DNA of 64,000 nucleotides from Candidatus Woesearchaeota archaeon. GTDB taxonomy: Archaea > Nanobdellota > Nanobdellia > Woesearchaeales > UBA11576. A model generated the notes under the pieces. That model was not told the origin of the DNA. It saw only the letters and a program-made list of their open reading frames with translations, and ran no database searches. Within the stretch, counting starts at the first letter, position 1; each line of letters opens with the position of its first letter. The position numbers and the translations under genes are program-made. Of this stretch, positions 61,294 through 64,000 are shown piece after piece. The stretch spans positions 5,463 to 69,462 of the forward strand of contig JBDRET010000030.1 in NCBI GenBank assembly GCA_043819495.1. The letters are read 5' to 3'.

Positions 61294-61300
61294 ATTCTGA

Positions 61301-61310
61301 TTTTTTATTT
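61301..61310 (+). terminator. oligo-T terminator
   Basis: TTTTTTATTT, 8 nt after the stop at 61293. Confidence 0.4.
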
Positions 61311-61482
61311 ACTTATTTAGTGATTTCTCGAACAAATTAGCATTTTTGGGTATTTATGCCTAGATTTTTCTATTTTTTAAAGAATCAAAACATTTATATA
61401 CTAAGTATGTATAATTATAACTATAAAACAAGGTATTAAAATAACTATTAAAATATGCCTTGAATTATACATATCATGTTTA

Positions 61483-61761
61483 GGCAACCTTGCCGTGGTT
61501 AGATAATGTCGATGACTTCGGAGTCGGCATTATCTTTGGATGCAGATTTGTGCCATGATCTGTATCATTGACCTAGTTTAGTAGAGGGAAAAAGAGGGTA
61601 GACATGTCAGAAGCTTTCCATCAAGGAAAGTTTCTGATCATGTTCCAAAACCCGTAAAGGGTTTTAGACAGAAGAAGCAGCGCTTATGTTCCTGACAACA
61701 GCAGAGACATTTGCCGAACACCTCCGTGCGGTGATGCCGTTCACATTCACGCGCTGCTTCT
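61483..61761 (+). ncRNA. candidate structured RNA or long structured leader (five consecutive stable hairpins, unclassified)
   Basis: Hairpins at 61501-61535 (12-13 bp, C-UUCG-G cap), 61539-61565 (9 bp), 61606-61638 (13-14 bp), 61647-61665 (7 bp) and 61673-61683/61751-61761 (11 bp perfect). TATA-like boxes at 61393-61400 and 61422-61428. T5 at 61789-61793. The strand is assumed from these signals. Confidence 0.35.
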
Positions 61762-61811
61762 CTTGTCTTTCATATTGACAGAGATCCGTTTTTAAGAGAC
61801 AAAGGATATGA

Positions 61812-61961
61812 ATGGTAAAGCTACAGTTTGACAACAACAAGCAGTACAAGATAACCCTGCCAAAAGCATTGATTGATGCAAAGGGTTGGAGCAAGGGTTC
61901 AGAGATCAAGATAGAGCTCGATGGACAGGGCAATATAGTTCTGAAGAGGAATATGCAATGA
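61812..61961 (+). CDS. AbrB/SpoVT/MazE-type DNA-binding protein (49 aa, below the track cutoff)
   Basis: My translation is MVKLQFDNNKQYKITLPKALIDAKGWSKGSEIKIELDGQGNIVLKRNMQ, which is the swapped-hairpin signature (..I.[LI]PK.....G...G..[VI].[IV]....G.I.L). Confidence 0.6.
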   Translation: MVKLQFDNNKQYKITLPKALIDAKGWSKGSEIKIELDGQGNIVLKRNMQ

Positions 61962-62098
61962 ATCAGGCACTAGCTTACGCAATATCGAGCATAACATCAT
62001 GTTCACGGACAATCTGTCCTGGTTACAGTAGGAAGAAATCTTTTTTGACGCAGGAAGATGCACTCCGCAGTTCGGGTCTGCAGGAGAGGGTGTGAGCG

Positions 62099-63787
62099 AT
62101 GGAGATATTTTTTGAGATCGGGTTGTTGGTCATATTTGCAGGTATAGGTACTTACCTTGCTAGTCTGATCAAGCAGCCGCTCATACCTGCATACATATTA
62201 TCCGGCGTCTTGGTAGGGAATGCTTTCGGTCTTGTGACGAACGGGGAGCTCATATCAAACCTGAGCGAGATAGGGATAGCATTCCTTCTTTTCATGGTCG
62301 GTCTTGAGATGGAATTCAAGAAGCTCAAGGACATAGGTACAGTATCTTCTGTCGCAGGGACATTGCAGATAGCTGCAGTCTTTGGCCTTGGCTATCTCGT
62401 GACAAGACTGATCGGCTTCTCAAAGATGGAGGCGATATACCTGAGTGTCGTGATTGCGCTCAGCAGCACGATGCTGGTAATAAAGATATTGTCTGATAAT
62501 ATGGAGACCAATACGATCCATGGGCGGCTTGCTATAGGCATACTGATCGTGCAGGATATATTCGCGATTGTAGCGTTGTCTTATCTTGCTTCAGTATCTG
62601 ACGTTGCGCTGGGCTTTGTATTCTTTGCAAAGCTTGCGGCAGTCCTTATTGCAGGAGCGGTGCTCAGCAAGTTTGTATTCCCGCATGTATTCTCCTTTGC
62701 TGCAAAGTCAAGGGAAGTGCTGTTAGGTGTGTCTTTGAGTGTTTGCTTCATGTTCGCTTTGGTGTTCCATTCATTAGGCCTGTCGATAACGATAGGTGCA
62801 TTTGTAGCAGGAGTATTGCTCGCGAATCTCCCTTACAATCTTGAGATAGTGAGCAAAGTGAAGACATTGAGGGACTTCTTTGCCATACTGTTCTTTACGT
62901 CATTAGGGATGCAGCTGAATCTTGGGAGCGTGTCATCGATGCTGTTGCCGCTGACAGCTCTTCTGTTGCTGGTCGTGGTCGCAAAGCCGATACTCATCTA
63001 CTTCACGCTGGTCGTATTAGGTCATAAATCAAGGACTGCATTCATAACTGCGACATCACTTGCACAGATATCTGAGTTCTCTCTGATAATCGTGCTGCAG
63101 GGTGTCGCAGCAGGTGCGATATCACAGAATATGCTGACATTGACCATACTGCTTGCAGTGGTGACTATGGCATACACATCATACTTCATGAAGTTTGAGG
63201 TGAAGTTCTATCATAATTTCATCGCTCTCATGAGGAAGTTAGGGATACACGTCATGCACCATAATAAGGTGCTTCCTCTGAAGGAAGCGTATGATGTTGT
63301 GCTGTGCGGATATGATCGTATAGGGTATAGTGTGCTCAATGCATTGCATGCGCAGAGGAAGAGTGTCGTTGTAGTGGATTTCAATCCTGATATCATCAAG
63401 AGGCTCACGGCTTTGGGCGTGCCTTGCATATATGGTGATGCTGCAGATCCTGAGGTGCTGGATCATCTTGATGTCAAGCAGGCCAAGATGGTGATATCTA
63501 CTGCAGATTCTTATGAGGATAACCTCTTGCTGCTAAGGAGAGTCAAGGGAGAGAATAAGTATGTCCATGCTATAGTTACAGCGCATAAGATAGATCAGGC
63601 TCTTGAACTGTATCAGCAGGGTGCGGATTATGTCATACTTCCGCATTTCCTTGGTGGTGATATGGTGTCTCAGATGTTGGAGGGGTTCGGGTCTGGTGGT
63701 GTGCAGACGATGATGTACAAACATAAGCATGTGCAGGACCTGCTGGCGAGAAAGGATTTCGGCCAGGATCATCCTACACATTATTGA
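62099..63787 (+). CDS. Kef-type cation:proton antiporter (CPA2) with C-terminal TrkA-N/RCK domain
   Basis: 562 aa with about 12 TM helices, then VVLCGYDRIGYSVLNAL...VVVVDFNPD (Rossmann/RCK). Confidence 0.85.
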   Translation: MEIFFEIGLLVIFAGIGTYLASLIKQPLIPAYILSGVLVGNAFGLVTNGELISNLSEIGIAFLLFMVGLEMEFKKLKDIGTVSSVAGTLQIAAVFGLGYLVTRLIGFSKMEAIYLSVVIALSSTMLVIKILSDNMETNTIHGRLAIGILIVQDIFAIVALSYLASVSDVALGFVFFAKLAAVLIAGAVLSKFVFPHVFSFAAKSREVLLGVSLSVCFMFALVFHSLGLSITIGAFVAGVLLANLPYNLEIVSKVKTLRDFFAILFFTSLGMQLNLGSVSSMLLPLTALLLLVVVAKPILIYFTLVVLGHKSRTAFITATSLAQISEFSLIIVLQGVAAGAISQNMLTLTILLAVVTMAYTSYFMKFEVKFYHNFIALMRKLGIHVMHHNKVLPLKEAYDVVLCGYDRIGYSVLNALHAQRKSVVVVDFNPDIIKRLTALGVPCIYGDAADPEVLDHLDVKQAKMVISTADSYEDNLLLLRRVKGENKYVHAIVTAHKIDQALELYQQGADYVILPHFLGGDMVSQMLEGFGSGGVQTMMYKHKHVQDLLARKDFGQDHPTHY

Positions 63788-63793
63788 GGGAAT

Positions 63794-63876
63794 ATGAGTG
63801 ATTGATGGAGTGAGTATTGTTTATTATTGATGGATAATGATGGATGATGAGTGATTGATGAGTGATTGATGATATC
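63794..63876. repeat. stop-rich TGATTGA-type spacer repeat (locus 3 of 3)
   Basis: GAGTGATTGATG occurs three times (63796-63807, 63849-63860, 63860-63871) together with GATGGATAATGATGGATGATGA. Confidence 0.6.
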
Positions 63877-63915
63877 ATATAGAGAATGATTATGTGGAAA
63901 AGGGATGATGAAAAT

Positions 63916-64000
63916 ATGGCATTAGACAATATAGAGATAAAGAAAATGAAGGCCAAGGCACATGCACTGGAGCCTGTGGTCCGCATAGGAAAGAATGGGC
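63916..64000 (+). CDS. YhbY/CRS1-type (CRM domain) RNA-binding protein, N-terminal part
   Basis: MALDNIEIKKMKAKAHALEPVVRIGKNG matches the YhbY N-terminus (L....[KR]..L+..AH.L.PVV.IGKNG). It runs off the window; an alternative ATG lies at 63892. Confidence 0.6.
   Translation, partial: MALDNIEIKKMKAKAHALEPVVRIGKNG

Noticed and set aside
61621-61690. RNase P RNA-like words (AGGAAAGU resembling CR-I; ACAGAA...GCUUAU resembling CR-V)
   Set aside because: The two words are only about 35 nt apart, whereas nearly the whole RNase P RNA lies between CR-I and CR-V. They also cannot form P4 with each other. The SRP helix-8-like word GAAGCAGC was rejected too, because it sits in a perfect stem without the conserved loops.
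5768-61761. Idea that hairpin elements A, B, C and the 61673-61761 stem form one sequence family (shared words TGCGTCAG, GCGCTGC, AAGACTGATT)
   Set aside because: Shared 7-10-mers between ~150-300-nt segments are within rough chance expectation (about 0.1-1 hits). Only the architecture is similar, so they are reported as separate elements.
61664-61933. 89-aa minus-strand track ORF, and the 63774..63986 minus-strand ORF
   Set aside because: The first overlaps the hairpin region and lies antisense to the AbrB-like ORF, with no motifs. The second spans the TGATTGA repeat spacer and lies antisense to the YhbY-like start, with low-complexity sequence.

Overview
Archaeal-type chromosomal segment. 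The evidence is class-III-signal pilins, an A24 prepilin peptidase, a FlaI/FlaJ-type pilus motor, an Arch_ATPase/DUF234-type protein, TATA boxes about 25 nt upstream of start codons, and GGAGGTG-type Shine-Dalgarno sites inside operons. My guess is a small-genome, episymbiont-like (DPANN-style) archaeon, but that is inference only. About 55 kb (4270-59661) is a single cell-surface supercluster. (i) Left end: prepilin peptidase plus four paralogous 4-Cys pilins. (ii) A 13.5-kb minus-strand operon: wHTH, a 2003-aa surface giant, two lipobox proteins, a 183-aa secreted protein, a 1194-aa membrane-anchored surface protein and two HIT-like proteins with degenerate triads. (iii) A plus-strand block: Arch_ATPase, a 5153-aa beta-helix giant, two stand-alone copies of its ~730-aa C-terminal module, and three fibre-like proteins with YadA-head-like repeats. 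(iv) Right end: five or six pilin-like genes, a secretion ATPase and a split platform protein. The flanks carry a FadD-like ligase, MFS and AcpS; an STT3/AglB C-terminal-domain-only protein; a divergent UppS; a short NFACT protein; GNAT; a small AbrB-like ORF; a Kef-type antiporter; and the start of a YhbY-like gene. Several intergenic GC-rich nested-hairpin elements and a recurring stop-rich TGATTGA repeat are not explained by the genes. I recognised no rRNA, tRNA, CRISPR array, transposase or integrase. All family assignments come from motif reading by eye, with no searches run.
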